A program made the translations under genes and the position numbers. This document shows positions 39,426 through 49,500 of a stretch of 64,000 nt of DNA, piece by piece. How positions within the stretch are numbered: position 1 is the first letter of the stretch; each line of letters begins with the position of its first letter. This stretch comes from a virus: positions 114,198 to 178,197 of the IMG/VR virus record IMGVR_UViG_3300028392_001993; one strand, given 5' to 3'. The notes under the pieces are model-generated. The model did not search any database, was not told the DNA's origin, and saw nothing but the letters and a program-made list of their open reading frames with translations.

Positions 39426-40622
39426 ATGTCACAAGAACTATTAGAAAGCCGCTGGGGCGAGACCAAAGAAGCATTGCTCGAAGGTCTTAACGGCTCAAAG
39501 CGCAACAGCATGGGCGTTATCCTTGAGAATACACGTAAGTATTTGAAAGAGAACGCATCAGCTGGTTCCACAGCATCTGGCAACATCGCCACACTTAACC
39601 GTGTGATTCTGCCAGTTATCCGTCGTGTTATGCCAACCGTTATTGCTAACGAATTGGTAGGCGTTCAGCCAATGACAGGCCCAGTTGGTCAAATTCACAC
39701 TCTGCGTGTTCGTTACGCACAGTCATTGACTGACACATCAGCAGCCGCTACAAGCGTGTCAGCTGGTCAAGAAGCATTGTCACCATTCACGATTGCTCAG
39801 GCATATTCAACTGTACCACAGGCAACTACTACTGCTACCAACTATACTGGTAACAATACAGCGACCATGGAAGGTACAGGCGGTAAGCAAATTTCTGTGC
39901 AAATCTTGAAACAAGCCGTTGAAGCTCGTACACGTAAGTTACAAGCTCGTTGGACTTTTGAATCTGCACAAGATGCACAAGCCATGCACGGTATTGACGT
40001 TGAAGCAGAAATTATGGCTGCTTTGGCTCAAGAAATTACAGCTGAAATCGACCAAGAGATTCTCTTGTCACTACGTTCATTGGCTGCAACTGAGTTCACA
40101 TACAACCAAGCAACCGTTTCAGGTACTGCTACATTCGTTGGTGACGAACACGCCGCATTGGCTGTTTTGATCAATCGTACAGCAAACTTGATCGCCCAAC
40201 GTACACGTCGCGGCGCAGGTAACTGGGCTGTTGTTAGTTCAGCTGCCTTGACAGTGTTGCAATCTGCAACTACTTCAGCTTTTGCACGTACTACAGAAGG
40301 TACTTTCGAAGCACCTACAAACACCAAGTTTGTTGGTACATTGAACGGCGCTATGCGTGTGTTCGTTGACTCTTATGCAAGTGACACAACACCAGTGTTG
40401 GTCGGTTACAAAGGTTCTTCAGAAGCAGACGCTCCAGCATTCTATTGCCCATACATTCCTTTGATGTCTTCAGGCGTTGTGTTGGATCCAACAACATTCG
40501 AACCAGTCGTGTCATTCATGACACGTTATGGCTACATCGAATTGACAAACACTGCATCGTCTTTCGGCAATGCTGGTGACTATGTTGGTGAGATTGCTGT
40601 ATCTAACTTGTCATTCTCCTAA
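39426..40622 (+). CDS. gp23: Major capsid protein, T4 gp23-like (398 aa)
   Basis: VILPVIRRVMP..IA.ELVGVQPMTGPVGQI..LR; VEARTRKLQARWT.E.AQD..A.HG.D.E; FYCPYIPL; FMTRYG. Confidence 0.95.
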   Translation: MSQELLESRWGETKEALLEGLNGSKRNSMGVILENTRKYLKENASAGSTASGNIATLNRVILPVIRRVMPTVIANELVGVQPMTGPVGQIHTLRVRYAQSLTDTSAAATSVSAGQEALSPFTIAQAYSTVPQATTTATNYTGNNTATMEGTGGKQISVQILKQAVEARTRKLQARWTFESAQDAQAMHGIDVEAEIMAALAQEITAEIDQEILLSLRSLAATEFTYNQATVSGTATFVGDEHAALAVLINRTANLIAQRTRRGAGNWAVVSSAALTVLQSATTSAFARTTEGTFEAPTNTKFVGTLNGAMRVFVDSYASDTTPVLVGYKGSSEADAPAFYCPYIPLMSSGVVLDPTTFEPVVSFMTRYGYIELTNTASSFGNAGDYVGEIAVSNLSFS

Positions 40623-40662
40623 TCAGAGAACGCAAACTTTCTCAGGGATGGGAAGGAAAAAC

Positions 40663-40687
40663 AAAAAGGGCCGAAAGGCCCTTTTTT
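40663..40687. terminator. Bidirectional rho-independent terminator
   Basis: AAAAAGGGCC-GAAA-GGCCCTTTTTT between the convergent capsid and TPR-glycosyltransferase genes. Confidence 0.9.
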
Positions 40688-40706
40688 GTTGACGGTACAA
40701 ATGTCT

Positions 40707-41861
40707 TTAAACTTTATACCACGAGAGAAATTGAGCAATCTTCTTGGTGACACTAGTCCAATCACCTCGTGTGGGCTGTCTGAACAGTGTGGCGGTTGAA
40801 TACCAAGGACTGTTGTTGCGATCCAACAACCAACGCCAGTCTTGACCATACTGGTTTAACATAATCCAAGTGGGCCTTCCTAATGCGCCACTCAGGTGAC
40901 TGATAGCAGTATCAACTGATACCACAACATCCATGTGCATGATCAGTGCGGCAGTGTCAGCAAAACTGGTGATTGATCCAGGATATCTGGTGACACCTAC
41001 TGCACTTAGTTGATCTTCCTCTTCAGGACTAGCATCAATCTGTAAATTGATCCATTCGTACTGAGGATTTGTTTTGATCATATCAAGTATCACTGGAAAT
41101 GGCACACTCTTGTGTTGATGGATCCAAGAATCTTTGCGACCACTCCAACTAACTCCCACACGCATACGCTTCTTGGGCCCTAGTCTATCCTGCCAACCTT
41201 TCATCAAATCTGGTCTAGCAGTAAGATAATTTTGTAGTTTTGGAAGATTGTCTATGGTAATACCTAGTATGCCAGGGATACTCATGATAGGAACCCAGTA
41301 ATCAAATTCTCCCATGTCTTCATTGTATCTGCCTGTGTGTTCGATAATATTACTTTGATTCAGCAAAGGGATCAGCCCATCTGTGACTTGTAGTTTAACT
41401 CGAGCACCTGCGGCATGCAGATTAAAAATAAATCTTGAGAACTGAATACAGTCCCCGTGTCCTTGTTCTCCTACGACCAAGATAGTTTTGTCTCGGATAT
41501 CTTCCCCGCGCCATCGTGGTTGATCAAACTTGGGCTCAGCACCATTCAAGTGTTCAAACTGCCAGCGAGCTTCGTACTGTGCCCAACCACGCTGATAGTC
41601 GCCCATCAACAAGTATGCCACGGCTAGATTAAATTGTGCAGTGGTGTTTGAAGGATCCAACAAAATAGAATGTTGCAAGAAAGGTATAGCACGTTGGGGA
41701 TGACCCAGTTCACGCATGACATTGCCGTAGTTGCAAAATGCCGCGGCATTGTCGGGATCGTCGACTAGTACCTGTGCATAGCATTTTAGTGATTTTTCAG
41801 GTTCGTGGTCAGCACGATATTGATTGCCTTGTTCTATCAGATCGATTTGTTGTTGATTCAT
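40707..41861 (-). CDS. TPR-repeat glycosyltransferase (GT-B, GT9/heptosyltransferase-like C-terminus; 384 aa)
   Basis: Three TPRs (AAAFCNYGNVMRELG..., AQFNLAVAYLLMGDY..GW..YEARW); EQGHGDCIQFSRF; D..VP.MS.P; FADTAALI..MDVVVSVDTAISHLSGALGRPTW. Confidence 0.8.
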   Translation of the reverse strand: MNQQQIDLIEQGNQYRADHEPEKSLKCYAQVLVDDPDNAAAFCNYGNVMRELGHPQRAIPFLQHSILLDPSNTTAQFNLAVAYLLMGDYQRGWAQYEARWQFEHLNGAEPKFDQPRWRGEDIRDKTILVVGEQGHGDCIQFSRFIFNLHAAGARVKLQVTDGLIPLLNQSNIIEHTGRYNEDMGEFDYWVPIMSIPGILGITIDNLPKLQNYLTARPDLMKGWQDRLGPKKRMRVGVSWSGRKDSWIHQHKSVPFPVILDMIKTNPQYEWINLQIDASPEEEDQLSAVGVTRYPGSITSFADTAALIMHMDVVVSVDTAISHLSGALGRPTWIMLNQYGQDWRWLLDRNNSPWYSTATLFRQPTRGDWTSVTKKIAQFLSWYKV

Positions 41862-41910
41862 AGGGATATTTACGCTGTGGTAGTAGTGTATTTTACATTT
41901 TCGCTAAATA

Positions 41911-41980
41911 CTTGTCAACACAATACGGTGTTTTATGCAGGTTTCCCCTGCGTAGTGCCTAGAACGCACATCGGGCTTCT
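41911..41980 (+). promoter_or_regulatory. Structured 5' leader with three hairpins between late promoter and RBS
   Basis: AACAC/GTGTT (41917-32), ATGCAGG/CCTGCGT (41935-53), GTGC/GCAC (41955-69); TAAATA 41905-10 upstream, AAGGAG downstream. Confidence 0.45.
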
Positions 41981-41995
41981 ATAAGGAGAAATCAA

Positions 41996-42835
41996 ATGGG
42001 AAGAGCTCTTAAAATTCAAAAAACAAACATTGGCGCCGGCACCAGTGTATCTGGATCTAATCCAGTAGTTACCTCATACAATCAAAACGTCTTGACAGAC
42101 GCTGGTTACCCAAACTTTGGATCATTAACTGATCCAGTTTATAACTCGCCAGTTCAAACATTGGATAGCACACAGTATCTAGGCGTAGTTGGTGGCTCAC
42201 CTACTACCAGTACCGCAAGTGCAACCAATCCAGAAATTGCCGCATTGGTTAACATCTTGCTGGCAGATGGCACAAACACCTATTCAGTAGCCAGCAGTTA
42301 CACCGGTCGTATTATCCGCCAAAAAGGTTCACACAAGTTCCTGGTTGCCTACACAGGCGCAACTACAGCACTCAGTGTAGGTCTCATTGTCGGACAAGCA
42401 TATCAAATTGTGTCATTGGGAAACAGTGATTGGTCCACAGTATTAAGCGGCACAGCCGCAGTGGGCAGAGTATTCACTGCATTGTCGGTAGGTGCTGGTA
42501 CTGGTACAGTATATCCAGTGGGACAATGTGTGTTGTCAAACACAGCCACTCCTTCGGCAGGCAACATGAGTATCTCTTATTCAGTAGGCGACTCAAGTGC
42601 TGTGTACGCCAGTTATATTACCAACAAGTGGGTACGTGACTGGAACGGCATGACTTATGGCAACTACAGTAACAGTAACCTTGGTACAAACACTCAATCT
42701 GCTGAAAACTTCTACCCTGTGAACTTCTTTACAGACGAAGGAACGGTCACATGGTCTGGTGCTGAAGTTATCAACAGTTCACAATCACAAAACGGTTCAT
42801 TGCAATTGGCACAAGTGGACAGCGTTACAAGTTAA
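41996..42835 (+). CDS. Hypothetical virion structural protein (279 aa)
   Basis: MGRALKIQK start; IIRQKGSHKFLV; late promoter and strong RBS; followed by a terminator. Confidence 0.6.
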   Translation: MGRALKIQKTNIGAGTSVSGSNPVVTSYNQNVLTDAGYPNFGSLTDPVYNSPVQTLDSTQYLGVVGGSPTTSTASATNPEIAALVNILLADGTNTYSVASSYTGRIIRQKGSHKFLVAYTGATTALSVGLIVGQAYQIVSLGNSDWSTVLSGTAAVGRVFTALSVGAGTGTVYPVGQCVLSNTATPSAGNMSISYSVGDSSAVYASYITNKWVRDWNGMTYGNYSNSNLGTNTQSAENFYPVNFFTDEGTVTWSGAEVINSSQSQNGSLQLAQVDSVTS

Positions 42836-42850
42836 TTTGTAACCCCTAAC

Positions 42851-42883
42851 AATCCTCTCAGCTACATACTGGGAGGATTTTTT
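42851..42883 (+). terminator. Rho-independent terminator
   Basis: AATCCTCTCAG-ctacata-CTGGGAGGATT followed by a T run. Confidence 0.75.
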
Positions 42884-43468
42884 ATGGCCGCGGCATTTGT
42901 ATTGGGTAACGGTGTAAGCCGACAAGCAATAGATTTAACTGTGTTAAAAACATTAGGGACCACCTATGGATGCAATGCTATCTATCGTGAGTTTGAACCT
43001 GATGTGTTGATCAGCACTGATGTACCCATAAGCGAACGCATACAACACGATAGGTATAGTCAAACACATACACATTATACTAGAAAACCTTTTCCAGACT
43101 CTGGTGCAAGGCGTATAGCACAAAAGTATTTTGGATTTAGTTCAGGCCCCGTGGCGGTTGGCCAGGCCGCACTAGATGGTGCTGTTGCTATCTATCTTAT
43201 AGGATTTGATATGGGTCCAACTCGCAATGGTAGATTCAACAACATCTATGCTGACACTGAGTTTTACAAAAAAAGTTCTGCTAATCCTACTTTTTCAGGC
43301 AATTGGGTTAATCAAATAAAAACTATCGCTCGAGATTTTCCCAAAACTAGTTTTTTTAGAATAGTCGGGGATACCACAGCAGAAATACGCGACCTGTTGG
43401 CAATACCTAATCTAACACACCTTCAAATGGCGGATTTTCAAACTCGCCTGGCCCATAAAGAAATTTAG
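42884..43468 (+). CDS. DUF115/MptE-like (sialyltransferase-type Rossmann) protein (194 aa)
   Basis: AFVLGNGVSR...TYGCNAIYR...DVLISTD; FSSG..A...A; IYLIGFDM motifs. Confidence 0.6.
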   Translation: MAAAFVLGNGVSRQAIDLTVLKTLGTTYGCNAIYREFEPDVLISTDVPISERIQHDRYSQTHTHYTRKPFPDSGARRIAQKYFGFSSGPVAVGQAALDGAVAIYLIGFDMGPTRNGRFNNIYADTEFYKKSSANPTFSGNWVNQIKTIARDFPKTSFFRIVGDTTAEIRDLLAIPNLTHLQMADFQTRLAHKEI

Positions 43469-43524
43469 TCAAAAACCCCAACTTCTATCTTTAGCTAAAT
43501 ATCACAAGAGGATACGGTTTACCT

Positions 43525-46500
43525 ATGACGCAACAGATAATAGATGTGGGGGCAGCGGCCAACGACGGCACAGGTGAGCCCTTACGCAACGCCTTTACCG
43601 GAGTAAATGATAATTTTACGCAGATTTGGACTGCTGGACCAGTTGGTAGCCAGGTACAGATCACTGGTAACATAGTCACAACCACAGTTACTAATCTGGG
43701 TCTTACCCTGGCAGGCAACGGCATTGGCAATATCACAGCCAACAGCAGTATTGTACCTGGCACAGCTGGTGTGTACGATATTGGTGCACCGGACAATAAG
43801 TTTCAGTACATTTACGGTGACTACCTAGTTGGTAATGGTGCATTAATCACCGGGATCGTTGCTAACACCAGTTACAATAATTCAAACGTAGCGGCGTTCC
43901 TTCCTACATATACAGGCAATCTGGTCAGTTTAACTGGTCCAGTTAGAACCACAGCCAATGTCATAGCCGGCAATATTATAACCAGCGGATTCCTGGGAGT
44001 TTCAGGTGCTATCTCCGGTGGCAACATCACTGGTACTAATTTAATCAGTTCGGGCTATGTCTCTGCTGTAGGTAACATAACCACCACTGCTAATATATCT
44101 GGAAATTACCTACTTGGTAATGGCGCATTCATAACAGGCATCACAGCAACAAATATTGCAGCCGGCGCATTAACTGGAACAACACTCAGTTCAAACGTAT
44201 TATATTCAAGTCTACAAGTTGTTGGCAATTTGGTTTATGTCAATGTTGATGGCAATATAACCACAACAGGTAGATTTATAGGTTCAGGTGCTGGCTTGAC
44301 AAATATTCCAGCGGCAAACATTGTTGGTACAATAGCCAATGCCTCATATGCCACTACTGCAGGCATAGCATACTCAGTATCGGCCGCAAATGTTTCTGGC
44401 ACAGTGGCCAACGCCACATATGCTACCACAGCTGGTAGCGCCACCACAGCAACAATTGCTAACACAGCAAATGCTGTAGCAGGTGCAAATGTAACAGGTG
44501 TAGTGGCCAACGCAGCCTATGCTATTACTGCAGGATCGGCCACCACGGCTAACACAGCCAATACTTCAGCCACAGTCACAACTGCCGCACAACCAAACAT
44601 TACCAGTGTTGGTACGCTAACTTCAGTCTCAGTCTCTGGCAATGCCACCGCAGGAAATATATTAACCGGTGGTCAGATCAGCGCAATTGGAAATGTTTCT
44701 GGCAACTACTTTATCGGTAATGGTGCATTACTAACTGGTATTGCATCTAATGCAAGTGCTAATGCTGGTGCATTAGTAGGATCAACTCTTAGTAGCAATG
44801 TTGTATTCTCAAGTTTAACAACAGTTGGTAACCTGGTATCTGTCAATGTTGATGGCAATGTAATCACTGGTGGCAGATTCATTGGATCAGGCGCTGGTCT
44901 AACCAACATACCTGGTGCCAATGTTTCTGGCAATGTGGCCAATGCCAATGTTGCGGCTACAGTTACTACTGCGGCACAACCAAATATAACTTCAGTTGGT
45001 ACGCTAACTTCTTTAACTTCAACCGGTAACGTAACAGCAAATTACTTTATTGGTAACGGATCTTTATTAACAGGTATAGCCGCATCAAATGTCAATGCTG
45101 GTGCGTTGGTAGGATCAACACTGAGTGCAAATGTATTGTACTCGAGTCTGCAAACTGTTGGTAATTTGGTATCTGTTAATGTTACTGGTAACATCACTAC
45201 AACAGGTAGATTTATTGGATCTGGTGCTGGACTAACAAATATACCAGCAGGTAATATTTCTGGCACAGTGGCCAATGCCGCTTATGCTACCACAGCCGGA
45301 CTAGCAACCACAGCAACAACTGCTAACACAGCAACCACAGTTACCTCTAATGCACAGCCAAACATTACTAGTGTTGGTACACTGACATCAGTCAGTGTTA
45401 CAGGCAACGCCGGTGTTGGACGTTTGAACATCGGACAAGCCAACCTGTATATTACCAATACAAACCCGCCTGTACTGGCAGTTCAAGCAGACACCACTCA
45501 GTTTAGTGCTAATATTGATGTTGCTACAAATATCAGAACATATTCAGTTACTGCCAATGCTACAATTAGTGCCATTGGTAATATAACAGGTGGAAACTTA
45601 GTTACTGCTGGTAACGCAACTGCGTCTTACTTTATTGGTAATGGCCGACAACTAACTGGCATTGTGGCTACCAGTGTTGGTAACCTAGATAGTTTAGTTG
45701 TAATCGGCAATACCACAACAGGCAACTTGCTCACTGGCGGGTTGATCAGTGCAGTAGGCAACATCAAAACAGTTGCTAACGTTTCGGGCAATTACTTTAT
45801 TGGTAACGGTGCATTACTAACTGGTATCACAGTATCAGCAGGCACTAGCATTGTTAACGGTAACAGTAATGTTGTGGTTGGTGCCAATGGCAACGTCACA
45901 GTTGGAGTAACCGGAACAAGCAATGTTTCTGTGTTTACTCCTGCAGGAGTCGAAGTCAAAGGCCTGGTATCGGCCACTGGTAATATTGCCGGTAACTATC
46001 TATTAGGCAATGGTGCTCTCATAACTGGATTACCTGCAGGATATAGCAATGCAGATGTAGCCAACTACTTGCCAACCTATACAGGTAACTTGGTTAGTCT
46101 AACTGGCCCAGTAACAACCACATCAAACATCACCGGTGGCAATTTGCTCACTGGTGCACAAGTTATTGCCAATGGTGAAATACAGACAGGAACAGGATTC
46201 AGCACAGGCGGATATTTAAGTGTTAACGGTAGTACTGATTTACACAATACTAATGTAACTGGATATCTTTCAGCAACTGGTAACTTAACAGGTAATTATA
46301 TCCTGGGTAACGGTGCGTTACTAACTGGCGTTATCACAAGTGTAGCCAACATCAACAATGGCACATCAAACGTAACTGTTGTAAGTTCGGGCGGTAATAT
46401 CACAGTTGGAGTTGGCGGCACGGGCAATGTAGCGGTGTTTGCATCAACTGGTGAATACATCACAGGTTTATTAAGTGCAAGTGGCAACGTAACTGGCAAC

Positions 46501-49500
46501 TACTTTATTGGTAACGGTAGTCAGTTAACAGGTGTTGCAGCCTCTAGCGTAAACGCTGCCGCATTAGTTGGTAATACCTTAAGTTCAAATGTTTTATACT
46601 CAAGTTTAACCACAGTTGGCACCTTGGCCAACTTATCTGTAACAGGTAACGTTACAGGTGGTAACGTACTAACAGGCGGTGTGATCAGTTCGTCAGGAAC
46701 TGTAACTGGTGGCAATGTTTTAACTGCTGGCCTAGTATCAGCCGCTGGCAACGTAACTGGCGGCAACATCAATACTGCTGGCCTAGTATCAACCAAAGAC
46801 TTTGGCATAACTGGCAATATCATTGGTAACTTGATACCCAGTGCCAACGTCACTTACAACATTGGTAATCCCACACACGCTTTCAAAGATTTATATCTAA
46901 GTGGAAACAGTATCTACCTAGGACCACAGGTAATCAGTTCTAACGCCACTGGCATCACAGTAGGAGGAGGTGACCTAGCAGGTAGTAATGTTGTTGCATC
47001 TAATGCTATCACAGCCGGAACTACAATCTCAGCAGTTGGTAATGTAACTGGTGGCAATGTTTTAACTGCTGGCCTAATTAGTGCTACAAGTACAATTACA
47101 TCGGCAGCAAATATTACAGGTGCTAATTTAGTCACTACTGGGTTGGCCACAGTATCAGGGAACATTACAGGTGGTAATGTATTAACAGCAGGTCAAGTAA
47201 GTGCTACCGCTAACATCACTGGTGGTAATGTATCAACTGCTGGATTAATCACAGCCACTGGTAACATTACTGGTAGCAATGTAAGTATCACTGGCGGCAC
47301 ACTGGCATTTGCCAATGCTAATATTGTACAAACTAATCCATTAGATTTAGCAATCACTGGCGCCTACCAAATCTCAGTAAAACCAGCAGGCGGATCTTAT
47401 CAGTGGACTTTTGGCAACGACGGTGCATTAACTGGATCAACTGGAGTAGGCGTTACTGGATATCTATCAGCAGGTGGTAACGTAACTGGTGGAAACTTAT
47501 TAACATCAGGATTGGTTAGTGCCACCGGCAATATCATTGGCGGTAATGTTAATACCAGTGCAATTCGACCAGTCAGTGGCGGCCTAATAATCAGTACCGC
47601 ATCTGGAAATTTAACACTACAACCTTCGGGTAACATTGTGTTGGCCAACACTATTATCAATAGTGTAGCATATCCACAACAAGACACAGACGCCGCAAGC
47701 AAGATATACGTTGATAATATGATATCAACTGGTTTAGCATACCACACTCCAGTTGCGGCAGCCACTACCACAACCCTGGCCACTACCACAGGTGGTACAA
47801 TCACCTATACCCAACCCAATGGTGTATCAAATGGTGTGGGTGCATTGCTAACAACTACCGGCTCGTTCAACTTGATTGACACTGCCAATGTGCAGACTGT
47901 TGGCACACGTATCCTGGTCAAGAACGAAGGTAATGCGGTATACAATGGTGTGTATACCTGGGCCAATGCCACAAATATTATCCGTTCAACTGACACAGAC
48001 ACATACGGACCAGACAGCACAACTGACTTGAGTTTAAATGATTACTTCTTTGTGCAAGGAGGTAACGTCAACAAAGGCGGCGCCTATGTGGTCAGTGCAC
48101 CTGCAGGTACAATTACCTTTGGCACAAGTAACATCACGTTCAGCCAGTTCAGTTCAAGTCAAACTTACACAGCCAACACTGATGCTGGCATAAGTCTAAC
48201 GGGCACTCAGATCAATGCCAAGGTAGATCAAAATACCACAGCATTTGACGGCGGCGGCAATATCATTGTCAAAGCCAATGCCAATCTCACAACACCAAAT
48301 ATTGGTGCGGCAACTGGTACAAGTCTAAGTGTTACCAGTAACGTAACCGGCGGCAATATTAACACTGGTGGCGCAGTCTCAGCCACTGCCAACATTACAG
48401 GTGGTAACGTATTAACTGGTGGTGTGGTATCAGCCACTGCCAACATAACCGGTGGCAACTTAACAACCGCTGGACAAATATCAGCAACCGGCAATATAAC
48501 TGGCAACTACTTTATTGGTAATGGCTCGGCCCTTACTGGAGTAATTGCATCTGGAGGCTCAGGCAACACAATCACATTAGGTACACCCACAGATGGTAAC
48601 CTTACTGGCAATGATGTTGCGTATCAAGGATGGACCACAGCAACTTATGTCACAGACGGCTTGGATGATTTGAACCAAGTGGCCTTGAACATCGCTGGCA
48701 ATACATTTGTGGGCAACACCTATATCACTGCTAACGTAAGTTCAGGACCCAGTCCATTAAGTGTAGCACTAACCGGACGTTACATCGGTAATCCCAACGC
48801 TTATTTGTGGCAATTTGGTGATGGCACAGCCAACGTCACAACTGCCAATGCCACACATACATTCAGCAACACATTGGGTGGAACATTTACTGTGACCTAT
48901 ACTGCGTACAACACCAATGGCACTCACGCAGGCAATGCGGCTAACGGAGCCAAAGGATCAACCAGTACAGCATCTACCACAATAACATTGTACACACCTA
49001 CTCCAATACCATCTTTTACTGCCAACAGAACAAGTTTGGACACCCCAGGCGGCGTGTTGATAACTAATACCAGTCAGTATGCAGAGACTTACTCAATCAA
49101 CTGGGGCGACGGCACTATTGTGATTCCGGCCAACAACTGGACCACAGCAAGCCATACCTTCACCAACGCCACAGCCAACACTGATGTGTTGTACGGAGTC
49201 AACTTAACTGGCAACAGCGCCAACGCAGGTGCAAGTCCAGTTAGTGTGACATCATCCAACACCAATGTTAAAGTTTATTCGTCACAGTCCGGCAATGTGT
49301 TTGTCACTGCTAACGTTGCCAACGTGATCAACGGTGTGGGCACAATAAGTTTCCGCAACGATTCAAACGGCACACCTGGTAATACCGCAAGTTTTGGCGC
49401 ACAACAATTGTACAGTTTTAACTATGGCGACGGTAACATCAGCAATGTCAATATTCAGGCAGGTCTTGCTGGCAACCCAAGTGCGGCCAACGTCACACAC

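Noticed and set aside
34718-40622. Inteins or introns in portal, protease or capsid genes
   Set aside because: Proteins are of ordinary length with contiguous conserved motifs and no intein splice signatures.
41911-41980. tRNA gene
   Set aside because: Cloverleaf-like, but there is no 7-bp acceptor stem, no TTCRA T-loop and no CCA; kept only as a leader structure.
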